From contig CP011213.1 of NCBI GenBank assembly GCA_001029735.1, forward strand, positions 11,709 through 75,708: DNA of 64,000 bases, read 5' to 3'. The number at the start of each line of letters is the position of its first letter. Within the stretch, counting starts at the first letter, position 1. The notes under the pieces were generated by a model that did not search any database, was not told the origin of the DNA, and saw only the letters and a program-made list of their open reading frames with translations. Source of the stretch: Berkelbacteria bacterium GW2011_GWE1_39_12. GTDB taxonomy: Bacteria; Patescibacteriota; UBA1384; UBA12157. Positions 28,518-38,743 of this stretch are shown in pieces. The position numbers were made by a program, and so were the translations under genes.

Positions 28518-29063
28518 TTAAATGTTGATTGTTTCTTCTTTTATACCTTTGCTCAAAGATTCTAACACAAAGTCAGCTATCATGTCAACCATATTTTCCA
28601 GCTTTTCCGTGTCTTCAAAGCTCATTAAAACCCAGCTTTCGGTCGGTATTTTATCTGATTTTCCGACACCGATGCGAATGCGCCAGAATTCCGGACCAAT
28701 TGCGTCGATAATTGATTGGACACCTTTATGGCCGGCTGATGAGCCACCTAAGTTGATCCTGACCTTACCAGGCTCTAAATCAACATCGTCATGAATTACC
28801 CAGATATCTTCTGAGTCTACTTTGAAAAAGTTTTTGGTTTTGCCAACAGCTTTTCCTGATTCATTCATAAAGGTTTGCGGTTCGACTAATTTAATTCTAT
28901 GCTCAAAATCCCCCATTTCGGCATAGCGACTATCATACATACTCTCCAGTCGGAAAGTGATTCCCCTCTTTTCGGCAATTTTTCCCACCACTAAAAAACC
29001 GATATTGTGTCGGGTTTTTTCGTATTTTTCTCCGGGGTTACCTAATCCAATAATTAAACGCAT
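28518..29063 (-). CDS. pth: peptidyl-tRNA hydrolase
   Basis: MRLIIGLGNPG...HNIGF N-terminal signature. Confidence 0.9.
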   Translation of the reverse strand: MRLIIGLGNPGEKYEKTRHNIGFLVVGKIAEKRGITFRLESMYDSRYAEMGDFEHRIKLVEPQTFMNESGKAVGKTKNFFKVDSEDIWVIHDDVDLEPGKVRINLGGSSAGHKGVQSIIDAIGPEFWRIRIGVGKSDKIPTESWVLMSFEDTEKLENMVDMIADFVLESLSKGIKEETINI

Positions 29064-29792
29064 TTAAACTCCTACTTTTGATAGAATAAAAATTAACAAA
29101 AAGCCGAGGACGGTCGCCATTGACGAGTCAATTCCGCTTTCTTTAAACGCTTCTGGCATCATAGTTGATGCCAACATGGCCAAAATCGCTCCTGCAGCTA
29201 AGCTTTCGAGGGTTGCTACCACATTCGGTGAAAAACTTGAAAAGATTGTATAGCCTAAAATAACAAAGGCTAAACCAACTAAGGCAACGACAATCCAAGT
29301 GATTAATATTTCTTTGATGGATTTGCGCTGTTTTTTGAGATCGTAGGCGGAAGAGATCCCTTCAGGTAAGTTTGAGGAGAAAATACCAACCAACATTAAA
29401 AGACCGACAGCAGGATTTAAAAACAAACCAATTCCCAAGGCAATTGATTCAGGAATTCCATCAAGAATCGCCCCCAAAACAATCCCTCGTCCAGTTGAGC
29501 CTTCAGCATTGTAATAGCGTTTGTGGCCACGGCCCCCAGCTTTGATAATAAAGTAATCACCAATGACAAAAATTAAGCCTCCTACAACAAAACCTAGAAT
29601 AGAATTGTCAAATCCGCCTAATTTAAACGATTCTTCCATGAGACCAAAAGTTAATGCTGCAATCATTGCGCCAGCACCAAAGGCTGAAATAACGCCAATA
29701 ATTTTTTCTTTCACATGAAAAACTGAGCCTAAAATTGCTCCGACAATTAAAGGTAATACCGATAACATTCCATATAAAAAAACATTTGTCAT
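29064..29792 (-). CDS. ZIP-family divalent metal transporter (ZupT-like)
   Basis: 8 predicted TMs; NLPEG and GIPESIALG motifs resembling the ZIP HNxPEG signature. Confidence 0.5.
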   Translation of the reverse strand: MTNVFLYGMLSVLPLIVGAILGSVFHVKEKIIGVISAFGAGAMIAALTFGLMEESFKLGGFDNSILGFVVGGLIFVIGDYFIIKAGGRGHKRYYNAEGSTGRGIVLGAILDGIPESIALGIGLFLNPAVGLLMLVGIFSSNLPEGISSAYDLKKQRKSIKEILITWIVVALVGLAFVILGYTIFSSFSPNVVATLESLAAGAILAMLASTMMPEAFKESGIDSSMATVLGFLLIFILSKVGV

Positions 29793-29807
29793 ATTTTGTT
29801 TTACTTA

Positions 29808-30107
29808 TTACATACCAGGGATATTCAGGTCTCCGGCAATGGCTTTCATTTTTTCAGCCGCGAGCGCTTGGACACGAGAAACTGCCTCAGCGATACATTG
29901 CTGTAACGCTTTTTCTAAATCACGTTTGTTTTCTGGTTTTAACAACGATTCGTCGATTACAACTTCTTGAATGTGCTGTTCACCGTTAAAAACAACTGAA
30001 ACTAAACCGTTGGCTGCTTTAGCCTCGACTTCAGTTTCCTTTAATTCTTTTTGGATCGCTCTCGCCTTTTTTTGTAAATCATACAACTGCTTTGCTTTGT
30101 CTAACAT
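29808..30107 (-). CDS. YbaB/EbfC-family nucleoid-associated protein
   Basis: 99 aa; conserved YbaB pattern. Confidence 0.85.
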   Translation of the reverse strand: MLDKAKQLYDLQKKARAIQKELKETEVEAKAANGLVSVVFNGEQHIQEVVIDESLLKPENKRDLEKALQQCIAEAVSRVQALAAEKMKAIAGDLNIPGM

Positions 30108-30116
30108 GAAAACTCC

Positions 30117-31085
30117 TCAATTATTATTTTTCTTTAACATTCCTTCAATAAATAAGTCTATATTGCCATTCAAGACATCATCTGGATTTGTCGATGTCAC
30201 TTCGGTTCGGTGATCTTTGACTTGCTGGTACGGCTGTAAGACGTAGGAACGGATTTGACTGCCGAACGCGGCTGACATATGTTCCCCGCGAAGTTTGGCT
30301 TCTTCTTCTTTTTGCTTCCTTAATTTTAAGGCTAATAATTTACTTTGTAAAATATGCATAGCTAAAGCTTTATTTTGCCCTTGGCTGCGCTCGTTTTGAA
30401 CTGCGACTACAATACCTGATGGTAAATGAGTGACGCGGACCGCAGAGTCGGTCGTATTAACTGATTGACCGCCGTGACCGCCTGAACGATAAACATCTAT
30501 TTTGAGTTCTTTGTCTTCTATTGGCAGGGTTTCAGCTTCAGGAATATCTGGGATTACTTCAACTAAGGCAAAAGAAGTGTGGCGAGCCTTATCGGCATCG
30601 AACGGCGACATGCGAACTAAGCGGTGAACGCCGGCTTCCGTTTTTAAGTAGCCAAAAGCATAAGGACCGGTGATTTTCAAAGTTGCCGACTTAACCCCCG
30701 CCTCTTCTCCGCTTGAGATTTCCAAGAGTTCGTATTTAAAATCTTTGCGTTCAGCATAGCGCTCGTACATGCGAAGCAGCATTTCAGCCCAATCTTGCGC
30801 CTCGGTGCCGCCAGCGCCACTGTGTAGAGTTAAAATAGCGCCATTTTCGTCGTATTTATCTGATAAAGTCGCCTTTATCTCGAGTTCTTTAAGTTGATCT
30901 ACTGATTCGGCGGTTTCCCATTCAGTCACTAATTTTTGCAAATTAGACATTTCCTGGGTTTTTTGGCCGGCTTCCGCTGGGTTACCCCAAAAAGACGGTT
31001 CATTCATTTCTTTTTGAATTTCCGCTATTTTCTTCTGTTTTTCTTCGATTTTCAGCAAATTGTATAATTCTTCTTTGGTTGTCAC
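30117..31085 (-). CDS. prfB: peptide chain release factor 2 (GTG start; no programmed frameshift evident)
   Basis: SPF motif (RMSPFD) and GGQ motif (GGHGGQSVN). Confidence 0.9.
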   Translation of the reverse strand: MTTKEELYNLLKIEEKQKKIAEIQKEMNEPSFWGNPAEAGQKTQEMSNLQKLVTEWETAESVDQLKELEIKATLSDKYDENGAILTLHSGAGGTEAQDWAEMLLRMYERYAERKDFKYELLEISSGEEAGVKSATLKITGPYAFGYLKTEAGVHRLVRMSPFDADKARHTSFALVEVIPDIPEAETLPIEDKELKIDVYRSGGHGGQSVNTTDSAVRVTHLPSGIVVAVQNERSQGQNKALAMHILQSKLLALKLRKQKEEEAKLRGEHMSAAFGSQIRSYVLQPYQQVKDHRTEVTSTNPDDVLNGNIDLFIEGMLKKNNN

Positions 31086-31125
31086 TGTGACTCAATTTTA
31101 CCTGAAAATCGATCTTTATACAAGA

Positions 31126-31159
31126 AAAGACCCTTTGTCTTACGACTCAGGGTCTTTTC
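31126..31159. terminator. bidirectional intrinsic terminator
   Basis: aaaAGACCCTttgtcttacgactcAGGGTCTttt. Confidence 0.55.
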
Positions 31160-31174
31160 CTTATTGCTAACTTG

Positions 31175-31879
31175 TTAGAATTTAATCAAATTGGCAATTG
31201 AACGAGCACTTTGGAACTTACGCAAAGCATAAACTCCGGTACCCGCAAGCGCTATAACGCTTGGCAATACCATGTCTGGACCTGTGCTTGGCAATTTCTT
31301 AGCCGAAGGGGTCTCAGAAATGATATTTTCCGGTAAACTAACGACATTGTTGTTTGCATTCGCGTTAGCGTTTGCATTCGAACCGCCGTTGCTATCAGAA
31401 CTTTCGTCGCTGGATCCACCGTTTTCGGTAGAGTTTCCAGCATTTGATTCAGCATTAGCATTAGCTTCAGCTGAACCAGAAGCGCTTCCGCTTCCAATGT
31501 TGATCACATTGTTGTTGGCGTTGGCATCGGCGTTGGAGTTAGCGTTGTTATTCACAACGGTTGATCCAATTGAGCCTTCGTCGTAACCACAACCATCACC
31601 ACATAAAATAGTGTGATCATTTTCTTGAATCATGAGGTCAGGTGATCCCGAATTTGATATGGAATCAGAATTGGCCTCGGATGAACCTTCTGCGCTACCA
31701 CTACCAATGTTTATGACATTGTTGTTGGCATTAGCATTAGAGTTGCTGTTGGAATTATTGTTAACAATAAGATCGTTAACAAATCCAGTAATCCAATCGG
31801 ATTCATGGGCACTAGCAACATTTGCTGAGCCAAGGATAAGCGCTGAAGAAAATAAGACTGTTAAAATGATGTTTCGCAT
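31175..31879 (-). CDS. LPXTG-type cell-wall-anchored surface protein with Asn/Ala/Ser-rich internal repeats
   Basis: Signal peptide; two copies of ...NANANNNVINIGSGSA(E/S)GS.EAN...; C-terminal LPSTG + hydrophobic stretch + RKFQSAR tail (sortase sorting signal). Confidence 0.7.
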   Translation of the reverse strand: MRNIILTVLFSSALILGSANVASAHESDWITGFVNDLIVNNNSNSNSNANANNNVINIGSGSAEGSSEANSDSISNSGSPDLMIQENDHTILCGDGCGYDEGSIGSTVVNNNANSNADANANNNVINIGSGSASGSAEANANAESNAGNSTENGGSSDESSDSNGGSNANANANANNNVVSLPENIISETPSAKKLPSTGPDMVLPSVIALAGTGVYALRKFQSARSIANLIKF

Positions 31880-32035
31880 TTTAATCCTTTCTCTTTTAGC
31901 CTAATGCATTAGAAGGCTAAAAGACCTAAATTATTAAAGATTTCGACCAAATCTTCCGCTTTCAAATTACTTTGAAAGCAGGAGTTTGGGGGCCGACACG
32001 TAGTCGGCCCGACCAAGATCCCGAAGGATCTAATG

Positions 32036-32830
32036 TTAATTGCCGCTTCCTGCGGCACCGTTACCGTTGGCGACGGCCGCGCCTGTTGCGGATCCGTCCC
32101 CGATGTTAATGACGTTGTTATTCGCGTTGTCATTAACATTCGTATTACTGTTGTTGTTAACAACGTTGGCGTCTCCGCCTTTAACGTTGTTACAAATACT
32201 GATACTGGTATTCGATACCGGCACTGCCGATACCGAGAGCAGTTGCTGACTGTTGGTCTGCCACGGCGATTGACCGCCGATCTGACCACACATTACAGGC
32301 GCAGAAGAAAAGTAGTTGTTGGTCACATTTGTCACCGGCTGTACCGGCACCTCGTGAACAACTTTGGTTTCATGAACTACTTCAGTCTTTTCGTGAATGA
32401 CTTGTGTTTCATGTTCGCGGATCACTTCGGTCGGCTTGATCTTCACGATGACCTTCCGCTTGATACGGATGACCTTGTTGTTACAGGCCTTATGATTCTT
32501 GGCCGGCTTATGGATCCTCATTACTCCGTACTTGTCAGTGAAGAGAAATGTGCTTGCCATACCGGCTTTGATGTAGTCATACTGCTCACCTGTCTGACTA
32601 AGTTGTTCTGAAATTACTTCCAGCTCAGTCTGATCAAGAACTGCAAGAGTATACTGCCCTGGTGTTGTCATTTCCCAGGTTGTCATCTCTTGTGCCTTGA
32701 CGGTGGTTGCAGGAGCTACGCTAACTTCTTGCTGCGGAACTACGCCGACGACGACTACATCCTCGGCTGAAGCCATGGATGCGATCGCCAACATGACCAA
32801 TATCCCTGTCAGAGTTACTAATCGTTTCAT
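32036..32830 (-). CDS. secreted repeat protein sharing the NNNVINIG(D/S)GSA motif with the LPXTG protein; GC-rich
   Basis: Signal peptide MKRLVTLTGILVMLAIASMASA; His/Val/Lys-rich HE(T/K)xVxHE repeats; C-terminal NNNVINIGDGSATG. Confidence 0.55.
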   Translation of the reverse strand: MKRLVTLTGILVMLAIASMASAEDVVVVGVVPQQEVSVAPATTVKAQEMTTWEMTTPGQYTLAVLDQTELEVISEQLSQTGEQYDYIKAGMASTFLFTDKYGVMRIHKPAKNHKACNNKVIRIKRKVIVKIKPTEVIREHETQVIHEKTEVVHETKVVHEVPVQPVTNVTNNYFSSAPVMCGQIGGQSPWQTNSQQLLSVSAVPVSNTSISICNNVKGGDANVVNNNSNTNVNDNANNNVINIGDGSATGAAVANGNGAAGSGN

Positions 32831-32831
32831 G

Positions 32832-33998
32832 CTACTTTACCTCCATCTCGAAGTTGATATCGTCACCGGGGCAAAGCCCCTTGGAACCGATCGATTCGAC
32901 TTCTGCGTAGATTTTTCCTTGGCTCGCGCTTGTAATCATAGCCGTGGCGGCCTCATAGCCCTTGCGGGTAAAAGTCACCTTCGCACCCTGCTTTATCCGA
33001 CCGTTTACCCTAATGGTGAAGGACGAATGGTCCAGCCCTGTAAGGATAAGGCGGTACTCACCACAGAGAACGTAAATCCTCTTTGATGATGGGGGACGAG
33101 CAACGATTGTCAGCTTGTTATCTGCAACAGCGTAACCATCAGACTTCATGTCGATCCTTGGCTTAGGTGTTTCCACTTTGGGCTGAGGCTGGACAATGGG
33201 TTTCGGTTCTGCAACGGGTGCAGGTTGAGGCTGTGCTACGGGTGTTTGCGACTGAACAATGGGTGCAGGAGCGGTCATCTGGTTCAAGGTTTGCCGCTGG
33301 GCATTCCTCATAGCCAAATAACCAGGATCCGGTAGCGCAGTCGTCGGCTGGAAAGCCGGCGAAAGCATTGAGCACCACTGCTCATCGGTGAAGTTCCAGC
33401 ATTCTTCAGGTGCACTCTGCACCAGAACCTGCTGGACCATACCGTTGGTCCGATTGGAAGTCCAGTTGAAAGGAAGGAAGACAACCGTTAGACGGTTTTT
33501 CTTATCCCGACTTGTAACTTTCCATTCAAACGCATAGCTACCAGGATCAAGATATGGAATCTCAACCTGATAACCTTTTAGTGCCTCTAGCTCGGCGAGC
33601 CAGCAAGTTGCACCATGATCGGGCGTCAGTTCGACCTTCACAACGTGTTCAACGTTGCTAAAATCGCTGTATGCTCGATACACAGGTGATTTTGCGGCTA
33701 CAGCATCTCGAAACATCGACTTGTTCATCACAAGCCGCGGGAACATGTTCGTGGATGAAAACCATGAAGTAATGGGTTGGTAGGTACGTTTGTACTCACT
33801 TCTTCCATCAGCTCCTAAGCATCTCTCGACGCTCTTTCGGCATGCATCCATTCTCGATCCCATCGAGACACCTGCGGCTGATTCCGTGAGTGTCACACCT
33901 CCGCCGACCGAAATGGCCGCATTGGCATAAACACTCTGAGTTACCGCCATGGTGGCGATAACTACTAGCAACATTGCGATAGTTAACGTGCGTCGCAT
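32832..33998 (-). CDS. secreted protein with Pro/Gln-rich linker (388 aa), GC-rich
   Basis: Signal peptide; PxQP repeats in the middle; no recognised family. Confidence 0.55.
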   Translation of the reverse strand: MRRTLTIAMLLVVIATMAVTQSVYANAAISVGGGVTLTESAAGVSMGSRMDACRKSVERCLGADGRSEYKRTYQPITSWFSSTNMFPRLVMNKSMFRDAVAAKSPVYRAYSDFSNVEHVVKVELTPDHGATCWLAELEALKGYQVEIPYLDPGSYAFEWKVTSRDKKNRLTVVFLPFNWTSNRTNGMVQQVLVQSAPEECWNFTDEQWCSMLSPAFQPTTALPDPGYLAMRNAQRQTLNQMTAPAPIVQSQTPVAQPQPAPVAEPKPIVQPQPKVETPKPRIDMKSDGYAVADNKLTIVARPPSSKRIYVLCGEYRLILTGLDHSSFTIRVNGRIKQGAKVTFTRKGYEAATAMITSASQGKIYAEVESIGSKGLCPGDDINFEMEVK

Positions 33999-34176
33999 TA
34001 TTAGGTCCCCTTTCCTCTACTGAATTCTAATTAGCGATAGTTTCTCACCACATTTTTGGGGCGAGAATCAGCCGAAATCTGGGAAGGAGGGGCAGACCAA
34101 TAAAAATAAATTTAATAGGTCACTCTCCACAGATCTCAGCTGGTTCCCACCCACGACTTTTAAAGTCGTAGTAATT

Positions 34177-34203
34177 AAAAAGGAGCTTATAACTCCTTTT
34201 GAA
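34177..34203. terminator. bidirectional terminator downstream of cysS
   Basis: aaaAGGAGcttataaCTCCTttt. Confidence 0.5.
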
Positions 34204-34311
34204 ATACACACCAATATACCACAAACAGACGAGATTGTCAACCCCCTTTCGAGCCAAATTTCTCCATATATTCTTTTTCAACCATATAATTATATGGTTC
34301 AGAGTTCTATA

Positions 34312-35652
34312 TCATTTTTTACTAATGACAAAACCGGACGAGTTATCTTCTAAATTAAAACCAGCGGCTTCGATTTCTTTTCTGAGTTCATCAGCCTTAG
34401 CGTAGTCACCTGCTTTTCGAGCTTCATCTCGTTCTTTCGCTTTTTGTTCGATTTCAACCGGGATTTTCGCCTGTTTTTCAAGATCTAAGGCAAAAACAGG
34501 TTCAAACTCTTGCCAAAGGAAAAAATCCTGCGCTTGGTGCAGAATTGCGAGCGCTTTCGGCGTATCTAAGTCATCGTTTAGTGCATCTTTAATTTTTTGA
34601 ATATATTCTGTTTTTTGTTCGGTAGTTAATTTTGTCTCTATGTCTTTTAACTTGCGGATACTTTTAAGCGTATTTTGGGCGCCTTCGATACCAGCCCAGG
34701 TAAAATTGAGCTTACTGCGATAATGAGCGGTAAGGGCTAAATATCGGTATGCAAGGGGTTCAAACCCCTTCTCTACCAAGGTAGAAAGCCTCAAAAAACT
34801 GCCCTTTGATTTGGCCATTTTTCCGCCCTCTTCAAGGAGAAACTCGCCATGTAACCAGTAATTTGCCGGTATTTTACCATTTGCGGCTTCAGATTGGGCA
34901 ATCTCGTTAGGATGGTGAACTGTCAGGTGATCTACCCCTCCTGTATGGATGTCGAACTGTTCACCAAGGTATTTAGTGCTCATAGCCGAACACTCGATAT
35001 GCCAGCCTGGAAAACCCTTCCCCCATGGACTTTCCCACTCCATCTGTCTTTGATGGTCTGTGGGTGAAAACTTCCAGAGCGCAAAATCAGCCGGATTCTT
35101 CTTTTCTTTATTCTCTTCAATGCGTGTACCAGTGAGCTGTCCCTCAACATTTAGATTGGCTAATTTACCGTAATCTTTCAATTTGGAAGTATCGAAATAA
35201 ATGCCGTCAGAAGTCTTATAGACGAAGCCATTTTCTTCGATTTTTTTAATAAATTCAATTTGGTCTTCAATATGATCTGTGGCTTTAGAGAAAATTTCAG
35301 GTGTTTCAATGTTAAGTTCTTTAAGGTCTTCCTTAAAAGCCTTGGTATACTTTTCCGCTATTTCCCAGACAGATTGGTTTTCTCTGGCGGCGCCTTTTTC
35401 GATCTTATCTTCACCAGTATCTTCATCTGAGGTTAAATGACCGACATCGGTAATATTCATGACTTCAGTGATTTTATAGCCGCTTAGCTCTAAAACCCTT
35501 CTTAAGATATCTTCAAAAATATAGGTCCTTAAATTACCCAAGTGGGCATAGTCATAGACCGTTGGCCCACAAACATACATTTTGACCTGATTGTCAGCTA
35601 TGGGTTTAAATTCCTGCTTTTCTTTACCTAAACTGTTATAAAATTTAACCAT
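34312..35652 (-). CDS. cysS: cysteine--tRNA ligase
   Basis: HLGN (HIGH) and KMAKS (KMSKS) motifs; CysRS-type zinc ligands. Confidence 0.9.
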   Translation of the reverse strand: MVKFYNSLGKEKQEFKPIADNQVKMYVCGPTVYDYAHLGNLRTYIFEDILRRVLELSGYKITEVMNITDVGHLTSDEDTGEDKIEKGAARENQSVWEIAEKYTKAFKEDLKELNIETPEIFSKATDHIEDQIEFIKKIEENGFVYKTSDGIYFDTSKLKDYGKLANLNVEGQLTGTRIEENKEKKNPADFALWKFSPTDHQRQMEWESPWGKGFPGWHIECSAMSTKYLGEQFDIHTGGVDHLTVHHPNEIAQSEAANGKIPANYWLHGEFLLEEGGKMAKSKGSFLRLSTLVEKGFEPLAYRYLALTAHYRSKLNFTWAGIEGAQNTLKSIRKLKDIETKLTTEQKTEYIQKIKDALNDDLDTPKALAILHQAQDFFLWQEFEPVFALDLEKQAKIPVEIEQKAKERDEARKAGDYAKADELRKEIEAAGFNLEDNSSGFVISKK

Positions 35653-35718
35653 TTAAATTTTTCCGCGCTCCGAGGGAGCTATATAACTTGATCATTCAGT
35701 CTTTCTAAAGTTAGTAAA

Positions 35719-35952
35719 TTACTCCAAGTCGTCTGAATCGCCTGAAGAATCTTCTTCCAGGGCTTCCAGCGGATATACATCTGGTTCTTTGCCGCTAAAA
35801 TCTTCGTCTTCTTCTTCCCCATTAACAACCGGGTCAACTAAACCTTCGTCGATTTTACTCATTAAATCGCCGCAAACAATACAATGATCACCGGCTAAAC
35901 CGACATTTCCACAGGTGTTGCAAATTCCATCGCTGAAATCTGTCTTTTTCAC
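35719..35952 (-). CDS. small zinc-ribbon protein with acidic C-terminal tail (FmdB-like)
   Basis: CNTCGN...CIVCGD two CxxC pairs; Asp/Glu-rich tail. Confidence 0.45.
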   Translation of the reverse strand: MKKTDFSDGICNTCGNVGLAGDHCIVCGDLMSKIDEGLVDPVVNGEEEDEDFSGKEPDVYPLEALEEDSSGDSDDLE

Positions 35953-35965
35953 GACTCTCCTTTAA

Positions 35966-36571
35966 TTAATAAGCATTACGGCCTTCAAGCGCTCTGGTTA
36001 GGGTTATTTCGTCAGCATATTCCAAGTCTCCGCCAACCGGTAAACCTCGCGCTATTCTGGTCACTTTTATTTTTATTTTGTCCTTTTCTACCAATTTTGC
36101 AATATACATAGCCGTTGCTTCTCCTTCAAGAGAAGGATCAGTGGCTAAAATCATCTCGTCGAATTTCTCTTCTTTAAGTTTAGCAATAAGTTCAGCCACT
36201 CGCAATTGCTCCGGACCAACACCATCTATAGGAGAGATAACCCCTCCTAGAACGTGGTACAACCCGTTGTAAGAGGTTTTACTGAGAGCAACTACATCAA
36301 GTGGCTCCTCGACAACCATAACCGTATTTTTCTCTCTTTTTGGATCGGCACAGATATTACAGGGTGATTGTTCGGCTATATTAAAACACTCCTGACAATA
36401 AACCAGATTCTTCTTCAGGTTAGTAACAGATTCGCCTAAACTCTCGATATCTGTATTGCTCTTGGTTAACAGATAAAAAACTAACCTGGAGGCGGTTTTA
36501 GGGCCAATTCCTGGTAATTTACCGAATTCATCGATTAATTTTTGGACGGAATCAGGGAGTATTTTTGACAT
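35966..36571 (-). CDS. recR: recombination protein RecR
   Basis: C4 zinc finger CQEC...CNIC plus Toprim domain. Confidence 0.9.
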   Translation of the reverse strand: MSKILPDSVQKLIDEFGKLPGIGPKTASRLVFYLLTKSNTDIESLGESVTNLKKNLVYCQECFNIAEQSPCNICADPKREKNTVMVVEEPLDVVALSKTSYNGLYHVLGGVISPIDGVGPEQLRVAELIAKLKEEKFDEMILATDPSLEGEATAMYIAKLVEKDKIKIKVTRIARGLPVGGDLEYADEITLTRALEGRNAY

Positions 36572-36589
36572 ATTATTTAAGTTAAGCTT

Positions 36590-38743
36590 TTATTTGGAAT
36601 AATCACACTCACTACACTTGATCTTATCCTTACCTGCTTTCAATAGCAACTTTCCACATTCAGGACACTTTTCACTGGTTGGCTCATTCCAAAATGCCGT
36701 TTTACACTTTGGATAGCCCGAGCAACCCCAAAAAGTTCTGCCTTTTTTAGTTCTTCGTTGAATCAATTTTTCACCACAATTAGGACATGGCACATCTGTT
36801 TCTACGGTGATTGTTTTAGTAGTTTTGCATTCCGGATATCCTTCACAGGCTAAAAACTTACCATAACGACTTTCTTTTAGAACCATATTTTTACCACATT
36901 TTGGACATTTTTCGTCGGTTGGCTCCCCTTCCGGTTTATTTTCTTCACCGGGTTTAGTGATTGGGCGCGTAAATTTGCACTCAGGGTAACCCTTACAAGC
37001 CATGAATTTACCAAAACGTCCCATTTTTATCATTAGATTTTGACCGCATTTCGGACATTTTTCGTCGGTTTCTTCTTGAAGATCGGCTTTTTTAACGCTT
37101 TCCATTTTTTCAGTTAAATTCTTGGCAAATGGGTCGTAAAACTCTTTAAGAACTGGTTGCCATTTGAGTTTTCCTTCCGCAATTTCATCTAAATTTTCTT
37201 CCATTTTAGCCGTAAAATCATAGTCGACGATTTGAGGAAAATTTTCCACTAAAATATCGCTGACGGCAATACCGATATCTTTAGGTATAAACCTACCTTC
37301 GATTTTTTCCACGTATCCCCTGTCTTGGATAGTAGATAAGGTTGGAGCGTAGGTTGAAGGTCGGCCAATCCCCCGCTTTTCGAGTTCTTTAATCAAACTT
37401 CCTTCAGAGTAACGCGGTAATGGTTCGGTAAAGTGCTGAATTTTATCTAATTTTTCCAAGCTTAATTTATCGCCTATATTAAGCTCGGGAAGAAAATTTT
37501 CCATCGCCTCATTAGTCTTGTAGAGTTTCATGAAACCGTCAAATTTAACCTTTAAGCCCTTGGCAGTAAAGATAAATTCGCCGTTCTTGATTTTTGCGGT
37601 GGTTTCCGCCACAATCGCCTCTTGCATCTGGGAAGCCATCATCTTTTTCCAGATTAATTCATAAATCTTTTGATGCTGAGCGGTTAACGGAATTTTATCT
37701 GAAGTAACGTTCATATCTGTCGGACGGATAGCTTCATGTGCTTCTTGAGCGCCTTTGGATTTGGTTTTAAAAACTCGCGGCGTTTCTAATGCGTATTTTT
37801 CGCCATATTTAGAGGTAATAACTTCTTGTGCTTGTTTTAACGCCTGGGCTGAGATATTAACAGAGTCAGTTCTCATATAGGTGATGAAACCGTCTTCATA
37901 AAGGTTTTGGGCTAACCGCATGGTCTGTTTGGCACTGTATTTGAACTTACTGCCGGCTTCCATTTGCAGAGTACTAGTGGTAAATGGCGGCGAAGGATGC
38001 TTTTTTTTATCTTCACTCTTTAAATCTGCAACTTCATAATCCCCTGTTTTCAACTGATCATCAATTTCTTTGGCCTCTTTTTCGCTTTTGATGGCCAATT
38101 TATCCAGTTTTTTGCCACTTCTCTCGGTTAAATCAGCTGTAAATTGTACCTTATTCTTACTAAGTAAAGCTTCAATAGACCAATATTCAACCGGTATAAA
38201 TTTTTGTATTTCTTTTTCGCGCTCGACAACCAGCCGCACCGCAACGGATTGAACTCTACCGGCGGACAGGCCTCTGGCCACTTTTTGCCATAAAAACGGT
38301 GAAAGTTTATAACCTACCAAACGGTCTAGGACACGACGGGCTTGCTGCGCATCAACCAGATCCATGTCGATTTCTCGAGGATGTTCAACGGCAGAAGTGA
38401 TGGCGGATTTAGTGATTTCAGTAAAAGTAATACGTTGATATGGTATTTTAGGCTTTAAGGCTTCGACTAAATGAAAAGCGATGGCCTCCCCTTCTCTATC
38501 ATAGTCAGTTGCAAGATAGACTTTGTCGGCTTTAGCCATAGCCGATTTAAGAGCTTTAATGGTTTTTTCGGCTTTTTCAGGGATTTCATAGGTTGGTTCA
38601 AAGTTTTTCTTGGTATCTACCCCAATTTTACTTGAAGGTAAATCGCGGACATGACCAAAAGAGGCCAAGACTTTATAATCTTTGCCCAAATATTTTTCGA
38701 TGGTTTTCCCCTTTGCGGGAGACTCAACTATAACTAAATTCAT
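36590..38743 (-). CDS. topA: DNA topoisomerase I with C-terminal zinc ribbons
   Basis: MNLVIVESPAKGKTIEKYLG Toprim start; catalytic Tyr region; three C4 ribbons. Confidence 0.9.
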   Translation of the reverse strand: MNLVIVESPAKGKTIEKYLGKDYKVLASFGHVRDLPSSKIGVDTKKNFEPTYEIPEKAEKTIKALKSAMAKADKVYLATDYDREGEAIAFHLVEALKPKIPYQRITFTEITKSAITSAVEHPREIDMDLVDAQQARRVLDRLVGYKLSPFLWQKVARGLSAGRVQSVAVRLVVEREKEIQKFIPVEYWSIEALLSKNKVQFTADLTERSGKKLDKLAIKSEKEAKEIDDQLKTGDYEVADLKSEDKKKHPSPPFTTSTLQMEAGSKFKYSAKQTMRLAQNLYEDGFITYMRTDSVNISAQALKQAQEVITSKYGEKYALETPRVFKTKSKGAQEAHEAIRPTDMNVTSDKIPLTAQHQKIYELIWKKMMASQMQEAIVAETTAKIKNGEFIFTAKGLKVKFDGFMKLYKTNEAMENFLPELNIGDKLSLEKLDKIQHFTEPLPRYSEGSLIKELEKRGIGRPSTYAPTLSTIQDRGYVEKIEGRFIPKDIGIAVSDILVENFPQIVDYDFTAKMEENLDEIAEGKLKWQPVLKEFYDPFAKNLTEKMESVKKADLQEETDEKCPKCGQNLMIKMGRFGKFMACKGYPECKFTRPITKPGEENKPEGEPTDEKCPKCGKNMVLKESRYGKFLACEGYPECKTTKTITVETDVPCPNCGEKLIQRRTKKGRTFWGCSGYPKCKTAFWNEPTSEKCPECGKLLLKAGKDKIKCSECDYSK

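Noticed and set aside
30117-31175. Possible programmed +1 frameshift at the start of prfB (the RF2 N-terminus looks about 25 aa short relative to E. coli)
   Set aside because: The frame upstream of the GTG start hits TGA within 3 codons, with no CTT-TGA-C shifty site. The 40 nt further upstream are occupied by a bidirectional terminator hairpin (31126-31159), so there is no room for an upstream exon. RF2 is most simply encoded without a frameshift.
31909-32611. ORFs 31909-32289 (minus) and 32033-32611 (plus) overlapping the 264-aa secreted protein gene
   Set aside because: They overlap a well-supported gene (signal peptide, shared repeat family) in a GC-rich stretch. They have low-complexity Arg/Thr-rich translations and no start context.
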